Position numbers and translations under genes: made by a program. The notes beneath the pieces were generated by a model. The model saw only the letters and a program-made list of their open reading frames with translations. It ran no database searches and had not been told where the DNA came from. Below are positions 47,694 to 57,268 of a DNA stretch of 64,000 nt, in pieces (the stretch's first letter is position 1; the number at the start of each line of letters is the position of its first letter). The DNA lies in the NCBI GenBank assembly GCA_016756725.1, contig JAESII010000005.1:78996-142995 (forward strand), in the 5' to 3' direction. Source of the stretch: Synergistaceae bacterium. Its GTDB lineage: Bacteria > Synergistota > Synergistia > Synergistales > Aminithiophilaceae.

Positions 47694-49997
47694 TCAATGA
47701 CTATCTCCTGTTGTCCTGGAAAACATGACCTGTTCCTGACCCCCCCTTCCCGTTTTATTTGACTCCCGCTCCGCCAGGGCGGCGATGATCCGCTCCGGGG
47801 TGAGGGGAAGCTCGGTCAGTTCCGTGACGAGGGCCCTGTTGACGGCGTTCACGACGGCGGCGGCCGTCGGAACGGTGCAGATTTCGCCGATGCTCTTGGC
47901 GCCGTAGGGGCCGCCCGGTTCATGCTCCTCGATGAGAAGGACGTCGACGGGAGGCATGTCGGGGGCGTTGACGAGGGGATAGCGGCTGAACCGGTCGTTT
48001 TTGGGTCTTCCGGACCGGTCGTAGGCGAGTTCCTCCGAGAGGGCCATGCCGAGGCCCATCTGGACGCCACCGTAGATCTGTCCCTTCAGGAGGCGGGGGT
48101 TGATGGCCTTGCCCACGTCGTGGACGGCGAGGAAGTCGGTGACCCGGGAGAGTCCCGTCAGGCAGTCCACCTCCACCTCGGCGAAGTGAACGCCGAAGGA
48201 GGCGGGGTTGGCCTTGGGGGCGTAATTGTGGTAGATGCCCACCTCCTGGCGAAGGACCTTGGCGATGAGGCAGACGGCGTCGCCGTAGGAAAGCCTCTTG
48301 CCGTCGTCGAAGCGGACCTCTCCGTCAAGTTCGATCCCCTCGGCGTCTTTTCCCGTCGCCTCGGCGATCTGGTCTCGGAAGAGGGTCTTCAGTTTTTCCG
48401 CGGCCTCGTAGGCGCAGGCGCCGCAGACGTAGGTGACGCGGCTGGCCACGCAGCCCACGTCGAAGGGGGCCGTCTGGGTGTCGCCTTCGGTGACGACGAT
48501 TCGCGAAGGGTCAAGGCCGAGGACCTCGCCGGTAATCTGGGCGACGACGGTGAGGGTGCCGTTGCCCAACTCGTGGAGGCCGGCGTTGACGAGAAGAGTT
48601 CCGTCCTCACAGAGGCGGATGGCCATGGAGAGGAAGTCGGGGTAGGGTGACCCGAAATAGCCGTTGCCGTGGGTCGCGCAGGCGAGGCCTACGGCACGGC
48701 GGTAACGGCCGTCGCCGGGTTCGGCGGCGATCCGTTCGTTCCACCGGAAATGCTCCATGCCCTTGAGAAGGCAGTCCTTGATGCGGGCGTTTCCCAGAGG
48801 CGGGGCGCCGGTGGGGTCGAGATCGCCCGGTTCGACGAGGTTCTTCAGCCTCAGTACGGCCGGGTCGAGAGCGAGCTTTCTGGCCAGCAGGTCGATGTGG
48901 ATTTCTGTGATGGCGTGGATCTGGGGAGACCCGTAGCCGCGGCAGGCGCCGCTGGGCGTCGTGTTCGTGAACGTCGTCCGGGTCCGGAAGGTCTGGGAAG
49001 GGATGCGGTAGAGGCGGAAAAGCTTCTTGCCCATGGCCATGGCGACGCGGTGTCCTCCCGTCGCGTAGGCTCCGGCGTCGACGACGACATCCGTCTCTCT
49101 GTGGAGGAAGTACCCCTCGCCGTCGACGACGGTTCTAACCGTTCCCACCGAAGCGGCGCGGGTCCTCGTGGCGTTGATCGTCTCGTTGCGGTCCAGGTTG
49201 AGCTGGACCGGCAGTCCCGTTGCCAGGGTCATGAGGGCGCAGGCCGGTTCGATCATGACTTCCTGCTTGCCGCCGAAGGTCCCGCCCATGGGGGCCTTGA
49301 TGACTCGGACCCGGTTGATGGGACGGTCGAAGAGCTCGGACAGGACGAAGCGGACGGTGAAGATCATCTGACAGGGCGACTGGACTACGAGGACGTCGTC
49401 GTAGTCGAGGTGGCTCCGGCAGATGTGGTTCTCCATGGCGGCGTGATGGATCTTGGGTGTCCGCACCGTCGTCGTCAGTTCGGCGTGGCCCTCCCTTGGG
49501 GCCGCTCCTTCGCCGCAGGAAAGCCGCCCCTCGACGATCTGGGGAAAGCCGTCGCGAAAGGAGGGGGCCGACAGGGCCGTGACGGGGTCTGTGACGGCCT
49601 CGAAGGGTTCGATGTCGACCCGGACCAGGGCCGCGGCCCTCCGGGCCGCCTCGTCCGTCTCGGCCAGGACGGCGCCGATCATGTCGCCGACGAAGAGGGG
49701 GCGGTCCGTGAAGACGGGCTGATCTTTCAGGTCCTGCTGATCGGGCAGGAAAAGGGCGCTGTTGTAGCGCCTCCTGGGGCTGTCCTCGGCGGTGAAGAGG
49801 CGGATGAAGCCCGGGACCTTCGCGGCTTCAGTCCCGTCGATGGCCTTGACGCGGCCGTGGGCGACGGGAGAGAGGAGAAGCCTGGCGTGGCAGGTTCCGC
49901 CGGGTCTCAGGTCGGCCAGATAGCGCATCTGGCCCGAGACTTTCTGGACGATGTCGTTGCGGGCGATATCGCGGCCGACGTACCGCAGATCACTCAT
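47694..49997 (-). CDS. Xanthine dehydrogenase/aldehyde oxidoreductase family molybdopterin subunit
   Basis: GGTFGGKQ, RGYGSPQ, ELGNG, ASR, DVGKAINP..GQI.GG, GAKSIGE, LPLTPER. Confidence 0.92.
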   Translation of the reverse strand: MSDLRYVGRDIARNDIVQKVSGQMRYLADLRPGGTCHARLLLSPVAHGRVKAIDGTEAAKVPGFIRLFTAEDSPRRRYNSALFLPDQQDLKDQPVFTDRPLFVGDMIGAVLAETDEAARRAAALVRVDIEPFEAVTDPVTALSAPSFRDGFPQIVEGRLSCGEGAAPREGHAELTTTVRTPKIHHAAMENHICRSHLDYDDVLVVQSPCQMIFTVRFVLSELFDRPINRVRVIKAPMGGTFGGKQEVMIEPACALMTLATGLPVQLNLDRNETINATRTRAASVGTVRTVVDGEGYFLHRETDVVVDAGAYATGGHRVAMAMGKKLFRLYRIPSQTFRTRTTFTNTTPSGACRGYGSPQIHAITEIHIDLLARKLALDPAVLRLKNLVEPGDLDPTGAPPLGNARIKDCLLKGMEHFRWNERIAAEPGDGRYRRAVGLACATHGNGYFGSPYPDFLSMAIRLCEDGTLLVNAGLHELGNGTLTVVAQITGEVLGLDPSRIVVTEGDTQTAPFDVGCVASRVTYVCGACAYEAAEKLKTLFRDQIAEATGKDAEGIELDGEVRFDDGKRLSYGDAVCLIAKVLRQEVGIYHNYAPKANPASFGVHFAEVEVDCLTGLSRVTDFLAVHDVGKAINPRLLKGQIYGGVQMGLGMALSEELAYDRSGRPKNDRFSRYPLVNAPDMPPVDVLLIEEHEPGGPYGAKSIGEICTVPTAAAVVNAVNRALVTELTELPLTPERIIAALAERESNKTGRGGQEQVMFSRTTGDSH

Positions 49998-50797
49998 GAC
50001 CGGACCTCCTTCAGATGGCGCCAGAGATCGTCGCCCAGGCCCCGGACGGCGACCCGCTTGTAGGCGAGGGAGGCTCGGGTCGGGATGGCCCTTTCGACGG
50101 CCTCCGTCAGGGCGTCGAGGAAGGCCTCTCTGGAGGGGCCTGCGAGAAGGGCCTGGGCCTTTTCGGCGCGGACCGGGGAGGGGGCGAGGGAGCCGAGGAC
50201 GAGGTGTCGGCCCAGAGCCAGACTGAGCTTCGAGATGGCCACGGCCCGACGGCTGCCGACCTTGAAGAAGGCCGACGGTCCGGTCCCGTCGGGGATGGCG
50301 AAGGCGAGGAGGAACCGGTCCGGACCGAGGACGGTCTTTCCCGGGGCGGTGACGAGGGCACCGACGGGAAGGCGCTCCTGTCGGCCTTGGTAGTCCTCGA
50401 CGAGGGCCTGGGCGTCGAGGGCGCAGAGGGCGGCCGTGCCGTCGGCGGCGGCCGAGGCGTTGGCGACGTTCCCCCCCAGGGTGGCCCGGTTGCGGATCTG
50501 CGTCGATCCCATGGAGGCGGCGGCCATGACGAGGGCCTGAGCCTTTTCCTGGAGGAGGGGCGAGGCCTCGATCTCAGCGAAGGTCACAGCCGCTCCGACA
50601 AGGGTTTCTCCGGGATGCTTTTCAAGGATCCGCATCGCCTCCAAGGAGGAGATGTCGATCAGGTCCGGCTCTTCGTCGGGGTGTTCGTGAAGGTGAAGGA
50701 CCAGGTCCGTGCCGCCGGCGATGAGGCAGGCCTTTCCCCTTCCCTCGGCAAGGCGGGCGCGGAGCTCTTCGAGAGTGCGGGCGACGGCGGCCGTCAC
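49994..50797 (-). CDS. Molybdo-hydroxylase FAD-binding subunit
   Basis: IAGGTDL, QIRNRATLGGN..NAS.AAD. Confidence 0.9.
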   Translation of the reverse strand: MTAAVARTLEELRARLAEGRGKACLIAGGTDLVLHLHEHPDEEPDLIDISSLEAMRILEKHPGETLVGAAVTFAEIEASPLLQEKAQALVMAAASMGSTQIRNRATLGGNVANASAAADGTAALCALDAQALVEDYQGRQERLPVGALVTAPGKTVLGPDRFLLAFAIPDGTGPSAFFKVGSRRAVAISKLSLALGRHLVLGSLAPSPVRAEKAQALLAGPSREAFLDALTEAVERAIPTRASLAYKRVAVRGLGDDLWRHLKEVRS

Positions 50798-51258
50798 GAG
50801 CGGCTCAGCCTTTCGGCGCCGTCCAGGACGGCTTCGACGATGGGCAGGTAGCCCGTGCAGCGGCAGAGGTTACCTTCGAGGGCGCGGCAGACCTCGTCTC
50901 TCGTCGGATGGGGGTTCGCGTCGAGGAGGGCCTTGGCGGAAAGGATCATGCCCGGCGTGCAGAAGCCGCACTGAACGGCATCGTGATCGATGAAGGCCTG
51001 CTGCAGGGGGTGCAGCGTCTCCTCGGCGATTCCCTCCAGAGTCGTCACCGATTTGCCGTCCATCTGAAAGGCCAAAGTCGTGCAGGACGTCACGGCCTTT
51101 CCGTCTACGATGACGGTACAGGCACCACATTCTCCCTCGGAACAGCCCTCTTTGACGCTAGTCAGGCCCAAGCCGTTCCGCAGAAGATCGACAAGGCGCG
51201 TCGTCGGGGCCACGTCGGCCTCGTGGAGGCGCCCATTGACGGTGATCGATATTTTCAC
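50794..51258 (-). CDS. Molybdo-hydroxylase 2Fe-2S subunit
   Basis: KEGCSEGECGACTV, QCGFCTPG, GNLCRCTGY. Confidence 0.93.
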   Translation of the reverse strand: MKISITVNGRLHEADVAPTTRLVDLLRNGLGLTSVKEGCSEGECGACTVIVDGKAVTSCTTLAFQMDGKSVTTLEGIAEETLHPLQQAFIDHDAVQCGFCTPGMILSAKALLDANPHPTRDEVCRALEGNLCRCTGYLPIVEAVLDGAERLSRS

Positions 51259-51447
51259 GGACCATCCCCCCGATCGTGCTTTCTCCAGAAAACGGGCACG
51301 TCTTTCTGGCTGGTGTGAGAAGTCTACCCCCGGACCGTCAAAAAAACGTCAATTACCGCCTAACGAGGTGTCCTTTGTCAACATCCCTCCGCCATGGGAT
51401 AATGAATGACCGGCACCGAGAGGAATCGGTCCGATGGAGGTGCTTCA

Positions 51448-53097
51448 ATGGAAGGTGTCATCAGGATTCTCGATTTGAGTTATGAAGAGCTGCGCTCCCT
51501 CTTCGAGGAGCGTTACGGCGAGCCCGCCTTTCGCGCCGACCAGGTCGGCGCCTGGATCTACCGCAAACGCCTTTTCGATGTCAACGTAATGACCGATCTT
51601 TCCCTGGCCCTGAGGGAGCGGTTGGCCCCCGAGGTGGACTGCCGCCCTCCTTACCTGGCCAAGGATGTGACCTCCGAAAGGGACGGGACGAAGAAATACC
51701 TCTGGCGTCTCGATGACGGCGAGACCGTCGAATCGGTGTTGCTCGTCCACGACAACCGGAAGACGGCCTGTCTCTCCACCCAGGTCGGCTGTCCCCTGGC
51801 CTGTGCCTTCTGCGCCACCGGCCAGGGAGGCTATGTCCGCGACCTCTCGGCCGGGGAGATCGTCGGCCAGTTTCTGGCCATGGAGGCCCAGCTGGGTCAG
51901 GACATCGCCAACATCGTCTTCATGGGCATGGGCGAGCCTCTTCTCAACGTCGAGGCCCTGCTGAAGGCCATCGCCATCCTGAACCACCCCAAGTTTCGAG
52001 GGATGGGGATCCGCCGTTTCACCGTTTCCACGGCGGGCATTGTCCCCGCCATCCGCCGCCTTGCCCAGGAGGCTCCCGGCGTCGGCCTCTCCATTTCTCT
52101 CCACGCTCCCAATGACGGGCTGCGGAGCCGTCTCATGCCCGTTGACCGGCGCTACCCTCTGGGTGCCCTCATGGCGGCCCTGCACGATTATCAGGAGCGG
52201 ACGGGAAACCGCGTCTCCTTCGAATATCTCCTTCTGGCCGGCGTCAACGATGAGCCGGCCCATGCCAGGGACCTGGCGGCCCTCATTTCGGGTCTGAAGG
52301 CCTACGTGAACCTCATCCCCTTCAATGCCGTCGAGGGCACTGACTTCCGCCGGTCTTCCCGGGCGAGAATCGAGACCTTCCGGCAGGAGCTTCAGGCTTT
52401 GGGCGTCGAAGTCGAGGCCAGGTCCGAAAAGGGCGGCGACATCGATGCCGCTTGCGGCCAGCTCCGCCGCCGCGAGGCCTCTGGCGGAAGCCCTTCTGCC
52501 CTCCGAGAGGGAGGCCGCGACGGCAGGCCCCGCCGCGAGGGTGGCCCCCGAGAGGGAGGCCGCGACGACAGGTCCCGCCGGGAGGGCGGTTCCCGAGAGG
52601 GAGGCCGCGATGACAGGCCCCGCCGCGAGGGTGGCCCCCGAGAGGGAGGCCGCGACGACAGGCCCCGCCGCGAGGGCGGTTCCCGAGAGGGAGGCCGCGA
52701 TGACAGGCCCCGCCGCGAGGGCGGTTCCCGAGAGGGAGGCCGCGACGACAGGCCCCGCCGCGAGGGTGGCCCCCGAGAGGGAGGCCGCGACGGCAGGCCC
52801 CGCCGCGAGGGCGGTTCCCGAGAGGGAGGTCGCGACGACAGGCCCCGCCGCGAGGGTGGCCCCCGAGAGGGAGGTCGCGACGACAGGCCCCGCCGCGAGG
52901 GTGGCCCCCGAGAGGGAGGTCGCGACGACAGGCCCCGCCGCGAGGGCGGCCCCCGAGAGGGAGGCCGCGATGACAGGCCCCGCCGCGAGGGAGCACCTCG
53001 TAAAGAGGGGAAGCCAGATCGCGACTTTGCCTTCTCCCGTTTCACCGACGGCAAGGGGAAGGGTCGGAAAAGCCCGAGGCCTGGCAAGAAGAGGTGA
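51448..53097 (+). CDS. rlmN: 23S rRNA/tRNA m2A methyltransferase RlmN with long repetitive C-terminal tail
   Basis: STQVGCPLACAFCATG, MGMGEP, SLHAP, DIDAACGQL; RBS GGAGG. Confidence 0.93.
   Translation: MEGVIRILDLSYEELRSLFEERYGEPAFRADQVGAWIYRKRLFDVNVMTDLSLALRERLAPEVDCRPPYLAKDVTSERDGTKKYLWRLDDGETVESVLLVHDNRKTACLSTQVGCPLACAFCATGQGGYVRDLSAGEIVGQFLAMEAQLGQDIANIVFMGMGEPLLNVEALLKAIAILNHPKFRGMGIRRFTVSTAGIVPAIRRLAQEAPGVGLSISLHAPNDGLRSRLMPVDRRYPLGALMAALHDYQERTGNRVSFEYLLLAGVNDEPAHARDLAALISGLKAYVNLIPFNAVEGTDFRRSSRARIETFRQELQALGVEVEARSEKGGDIDAACGQLRRREASGGSPSALREGGRDGRPRREGGPREGGRDDRSRREGGSREGGRDDRPRREGGPREGGRDDRPRREGGSREGGRDDRPRREGGSREGGRDDRPRREGGPREGGRDGRPRREGGSREGGRDDRPRREGGPREGGRDDRPRREGGPREGGRDDRPRREGGPREGGRDDRPRREGAPRKEGKPDRDFAFSRFTDGKGKGRKSPRPGKKR
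52504..52998 (+). repeat. Coding tandem repeat, 11 x 45 bp (REGGRD[D/G]R[P/S]RREG[G/A][P/S])
   Basis: Near-identical contiguous 45-bp units, counted from the DNA and protein sequences. Confidence 0.95.
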
Positions 53098-53100
53098 CGC

Positions 53101-53142
53101 AAAAGGAGATCCGGAAAGCCTGAGCTTTCCGGATCTCCTTTT
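53101..53142. terminator. Bidirectional terminator
   Basis: aaaaggagatccggaaagc-ctga-gctttccggatctcctttt. Confidence 0.9.
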
Positions 53143-53165
53143 GCAGGTCGTCGCCGAGGGGGGAA

Positions 53166-53855
53166 TTACTTCGCCTTGGCGATGAGGGCGTTGAGTTCTT
53201 TCAGCAGGGGCTGAATCTTCGAGGATTGGGCCCGGCTGTCCAGGGCCTGATGGGCTGTCGTGGCCTTGCCCCAGTAGACGGTGTTGGCGTTCTCGTCGAC
53301 GCTGACGGCGGCACCTTCCAGAGAGAGGCCGGCGAAAAGCCCCTTGCTCATGGAGTAGCTGTAGATGGAGGCCTGGAGCTTGCCGTCTGTAGCGGCCTGG
53401 GCACTCCGCCCCATGGGGCCTGCCGCGACGGCGAAGTCCCCGCCGAGGGTGACCTTGTTGCCGACGAAGCCCTCCATCCCCCGGTCATTGGTGATGACCA
53501 GGACGAGGGCCGTCGACTGGACGCCGATCTGGAGTCCCCAGGAGGCCCCGGCGATGGTGATGAAGTTGGGGCCGTACCAGCGCTTCGTCTTGGGGTCGTA
53601 CTTGACGAGGAGTCCCTCTCCGTAACGGCCGCCGAAGACGAGGCCGGCCTTGTAGACGTTGGGGAATATGGCGACGCCGCGGGCGTTGGAGAGGAGGTGG
53701 GCCATATGTTCCACGTCCTGCTGGGCTGCCATGTCCTGAAGGACCTTGACGGAACCGGAGATGCGCGATTCCGGAGAGTCGGCCAGGGCCGGAAGGGCCG
53801 TTAAGGTCACGATGAGGACCAGAAGGCCGATGGCAAAGACAAGCTGTTTTTTCAT
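53166..53855 (-). CDS. SYLF/YSC84 lipid-binding domain exported protein
   Basis: Signal peptide; 'KAGLVFGGRYG.G', 'GLQIG', 'AAGP.GR', 'YS.SKGLFAG.SLEG'. Confidence 0.88.
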   Translation of the reverse strand: MKKQLVFAIGLLVLIVTLTALPALADSPESRISGSVKVLQDMAAQQDVEHMAHLLSNARGVAIFPNVYKAGLVFGGRYGEGLLVKYDPKTKRWYGPNFITIAGASWGLQIGVQSTALVLVITNDRGMEGFVGNKVTLGGDFAVAAGPMGRSAQAATDGKLQASIYSYSMSKGLFAGLSLEGAAVSVDENANTVYWGKATTAHQALDSRAQSSKIQPLLKELNALIAKAK

Positions 53856-53982
53856 GATGATCCACTCCTTGGCGGGTCAAGTTTGAATTCAGACTAACTT
53901 GGGCCAGTTTAACACTGACTAGCGACCTTTGCCACTGCGCCTCTTGAGGAAGGTGGCGGAAGAGAAGGAGGCGGGAGGCCCG

Positions 53983-55983
53983 TTACCAGCCGCCACCTCC
54001 ACCACCTCCGCCACCTCCGCCGGACGAGCCTCCGCCGCCGAAGCCGGAACTGGAGCCGGGAGCAGAAGAGGCTGCCCCAATAGCGCCGCCGAGGCTGGAG
54101 GTGAGGTTCGAGGTCATGGAGGCGACGCCGGCGGCGTGCCAGCTCGCCGTTCCCGCATACCAGGCCGGTTCGTAGCCCCTCTCGGCGAGGACGGACTCGA
54201 AGTGCTGGGCCCATTCCTTCTCGACGTCGAGGGCGATGGCCCAGGGGAGAAGTTTCTCGAATTGTTCCGGCGTGTCCGACGGCAGGGTGACGTCGGCGAA
54301 ACGGCGGATCCGTTCCTTCTCCGCCACGGAAAGGTAGAGTTTGAGCCCTTCGAGCTCGTCGAGCAGTTCCCGTCCCTTAGGGGTCACGTTGCCCATGATG
54401 CGGATGAAGAGGTAGTTGACGACAAAGGCTCCGACGATGGCGACGGCGAAGGCGGGAGAGAGCTCCTCGGCGGAAAGGACGGCTCCGATCAGTCCGGAAA
54501 AGGCAAAGAGGAGGGCCATGACGAGAAGGACCAGGCCCTTCATCGCCGGTTTGAACCGCTTGAGCCGCAGCCCTTTCTTCAGACTGGCGAAGGCGTTTGT
54601 GAAGAGGAAGGCCGCGAAAAGGCTCCAAAGGGCCAGCCAGAGGACGGAGAAAAGGCCGTCGAAACTGGCCCGGTTGGCCAAAAGCAGGCCGCCGAAGAGG
54701 GTCAGGGAGAGAACAAAACCTGCCAGGCTGGACAGGATGTTGCGTCTGAGGTAGTCGGGAAGGTGGCCGTTGACGCGGTCTTTCAGGCTCTCCCGGACGG
54801 TGTGGAAGGTCTCCTTGTCGCTGTCTCGGGTGAAGTCAAGCTCGTCGCGGCTGCCGAAGAGCGCGGACAGGAAGAACCGCTCATCTCCTCCGGCAGCGTC
54901 TCCTTTGATCTTGCGCAGACGGAACTTGCCGGCCACCTTTCTGCCCAGGGCCTTGGGGAGGACGGAACCCAAGGCGCTTTCGATCTCTTCGATGATGAGG
55001 TGGCCCTTGACGGCCAGGTCGATGAGAGAAGCCGTGACGGCGCCGTCATTGAAGCGGCGGTGCATCAGCCGCGAGGCGAGGGCCGGACTGATGCCTGGGG
55101 GCGGTTCGAAGCGGGCGAAGATCGGCCCGCCCTGGAGGTCTTTGCCGTAGCGTCGCCAGGCGGCGACGTAGTAGACGACTAAGAGAGCCAGGGCGAGAAA
55201 GGGCGCGATATTAAGGAGGAAGGGCGATGGCGGCCGGTTCAGCCTGAGCTGTTCCGCCGAAGGGATGACGTGTCCTTTGTCGAAGGCGACGGCGACGGTC
55301 AGGCCCTCGCCCGCGTCGAGACGGGCCGTCGTCTGAAAGAGGGCCTCGTTTCCCTCGAGGGACCAGCGCCCCCTGGAGGCTGTGGAGCCCTCGGGCCCGG
55401 TGAAGAGGAGGGCCTTTCGCGCCTCGACCCCCTCAGGGAGGATCACCCGGGCCAGGGCCCGGTTGATGGGGAACTGCCAGCCGTTGCCCGTCACGTTCCA
55501 GTAGACCTCGTCATGGTCCTCGAAAAAGCCGACCTGCCCCGTCGTCCGGTAGGTGATGCGATAGACTCGCGTTCCCGTCGGGACATACCGATCGGTGCTG
55601 CCGATGCGGATACGCACGCCGCCTGACCGGTCCGTCACCTCGTAGGGTTCCTTCCTTCCGTCGAGGGTCACGGCCAGGACCTTGAAACCGACACGGTACC
55701 GTTTCCCGTCGACCGTCCTGTAGGTGGTGGGGAAATCGCGGAAGATGCCGTGGCGGATGCTGCGGCCCTCGACGTTGATGTGGAGGTTCTCCTCGACGAC
55801 GAGGCTCCCGCTCTCGTCAACGGTGACGGTGCTGTCAAAAAGGACGATCTCCTCGGCTGCCGAAGCGGGCAGTCCGACGACGACGAGAGTCAGGATCAGG
55901 AGAAGGCCGGCAAGGAGCGGGGCGGCCGGGATGAGCGGACAGTGTCTCTGGCGGGGCCGCCGGAACAGGTTCAAGGCCATCAC
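53983..55983 (-). CDS. DUF2207-type membrane protein
   Basis: 'HGIFRDFP', 'DEVYWNVTG.GW.FPI', 'FEKLLP.A.ALDV..EW', Gly-rich GGGGGW C-terminus. Confidence 0.85.
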   Translation of the reverse strand: MMALNLFRRPRQRHCPLIPAAPLLAGLLLILTLVVVGLPASAAEEIVLFDSTVTVDESGSLVVEENLHINVEGRSIRHGIFRDFPTTYRTVDGKRYRVGFKVLAVTLDGRKEPYEVTDRSGGVRIRIGSTDRYVPTGTRVYRITYRTTGQVGFFEDHDEVYWNVTGNGWQFPINRALARVILPEGVEARKALLFTGPEGSTASRGRWSLEGNEALFQTTARLDAGEGLTVAVAFDKGHVIPSAEQLRLNRPPSPFLLNIAPFLALALLVVYYVAAWRRYGKDLQGGPIFARFEPPPGISPALASRLMHRRFNDGAVTASLIDLAVKGHLIIEEIESALGSVLPKALGRKVAGKFRLRKIKGDAAGGDERFFLSALFGSRDELDFTRDSDKETFHTVRESLKDRVNGHLPDYLRRNILSSLAGFVLSLTLFGGLLLANRASFDGLFSVLWLALWSLFAAFLFTNAFASLKKGLRLKRFKPAMKGLVLLVMALLFAFSGLIGAVLSAEELSPAFAVAIVGAFVVNYLFIRIMGNVTPKGRELLDELEGLKLYLSVAEKERIRRFADVTLPSDTPEQFEKLLPWAIALDVEKEWAQHFESVLAERGYEPAWYAGTASWHAAGVASMTSNLTSSLGGAIGAASSAPGSSSGFGGGGSSGGGGGGGGGGGW

Positions 55984-56018
55984 CTCCGGGAGGAGTTCAA
56001 ATACCCATTGGGGTACTG

Positions 56019-56046
56019 TTGACAGCGACTCCAGGTTTCCTATACT
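56019..56046 (+). promoter_or_regulatory. Sigma70 promoter of trx-ccdA
   Basis: TTGACA-16 bp-TATACT. Confidence 0.7.
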
Positions 56047-56096
56047 GGGACCGAGGGCCGTTCCCTCTCGGCCCAGAAGGGAAGGAGCGTGACTCT

Positions 56097-56510
56097 ATGT
56101 CCAAGTCTGTCAGGATCCTCGTGGTGCTGCTCATAGTCCTAGCTTTCGGCGGTGTCCTCTTTCTTAAGGGGCAGAAGGAGGCCCCTACGGCGGTGGCGGA
56201 AGTCGATGATCAGGCTTCCCTCCCCAGGCTGATCGATCTCTCGACATCGAACTGCCCTGCCTGTAAGGCCATTCTGCCTCACGTGGAGCAGCTCGGAAAA
56301 GACTATGCCGGAGCCCTTGACGTTCAGGTCGTCGACGTCTGGGAGAATCCGGCCCTCGGCGAGAAGTATCAGGTCCGCTACGTGCCGACTCTGGTGCTCC
56401 TCGATGAGAAGGGAGAGGTCCTGGAGCGCCGCGAGGGCTACATGCCTCTGGAGGATCTGGAGGCGATGATCAAAGCCCGCGGCATCACCCGTCCCGGAGC
56501 CGGTTCCTGA
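56097..56510 (+). CDS. Membrane-anchored thioredoxin
   Basis: N-terminal TM segment, CPAC, 'VPTL'. Confidence 0.88.
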   Translation: MSKSVRILVVLLIVLAFGGVLFLKGQKEAPTAVAEVDDQASLPRLIDLSTSNCPACKAILPHVEQLGKDYAGALDVQVVDVWENPALGEKYQVRYVPTLVLLDEKGEVLERREGYMPLEDLEAMIKARGITRPGAGS

Positions 56511-56512
56511 CC

Positions 56513-57208
56513 ATGTCGGGTCTGATCGGGTCCGTCGCCCTGGCCCTGGAGAGTTCGGGAGGCCTCGTCGTCGGGGCTTCCCTCCTCTGGGGAATGATGA
56601 GCGTTCTTCTGAGCCCCTGCAGCCTCGTCTTTATCCCTCTCGTCGTCGGTTTCGTCGATTCCCAGGAGAATATCACGACGCGGCGGGCCTTTCTCATCTC
56701 CCTCTGCTTCGGTCTGGGCGTGCTGGCCAATCTGGCCGTCGTCGGTCTGGCCGTGGCCACGGCAGGGCGTCTTCTGGCCGATCTGGCCCGGTACACGACC
56801 TATTTCGTCGCCGTCGTCTTCCTCCTAGTGGGGCTCCATCTTCTGGATGTCATCAAGCTGCCGGGGATGACGAGTTCCGTCCGCACCGAGCGGAAAGGCC
56901 TCAAGGGCGCCCTGATTCTTGGCCTTCTTTCGGGGATGGCTCTGGGGCCCTGTACCTTGGCCTATTCGGCGCCGATCCTGATGCTCGTCCTCAAGTCGGC
57001 CGCCGCAAGCGTGCTCCGCAGCCTGGTGATCCTCGGGGCCTACGCCCTCGGTCACGTGGGTGTTCTCGTCTTCTGCGGCACCTTCGCCGGTTTCGTCCAG
57101 GGCTTTCTTCAGTGGGATGCCCAGTCGAAGGGGACGAAACGGATCAACCAGGTCTGCGGCATCCTGGTGATCCTTGCCGCCCTTTATCTCGTCTACACGG
57201 CCCCCTGA
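56513..57208 (+). CDS. ccdA: CcdA/DsbD-beta family protein
   Basis: LSPC..IPL and GPCT Cys motifs, about 6 TM helices. Confidence 0.82.
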   Translation: MSGLIGSVALALESSGGLVVGASLLWGMMSVLLSPCSLVFIPLVVGFVDSQENITTRRAFLISLCFGLGVLANLAVVGLAVATAGRLLADLARYTTYFVAVVFLLVGLHLLDVIKLPGMTSSVRTERKGLKGALILGLLSGMALGPCTLAYSAPILMLVLKSAAASVLRSLVILGAYALGHVGVLVFCGTFAGFVQGFLQWDAQSKGTKRINQVCGILVILAALYLVYTAP

Positions 57209-57220
57209 GGGGAAAGAAGC

Positions 57221-57268
57221 ACGGGAAAGGCAGGGGGCTCCCTCAGGGGAGCCCCCTGCCTTTCCCGT
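57221..57268. terminator. Bidirectional terminator overlapping the nudC stop
   Basis: acgggaaaggcagggggctccc-tcag-gggagccccctgcctttcccgt. Confidence 0.85.

Noticed and set aside
52504-52998. Possible CRISPR array
   Set aside because: Units are contiguous with no unique spacers, in frame within rlmN, and no cas genes are nearby
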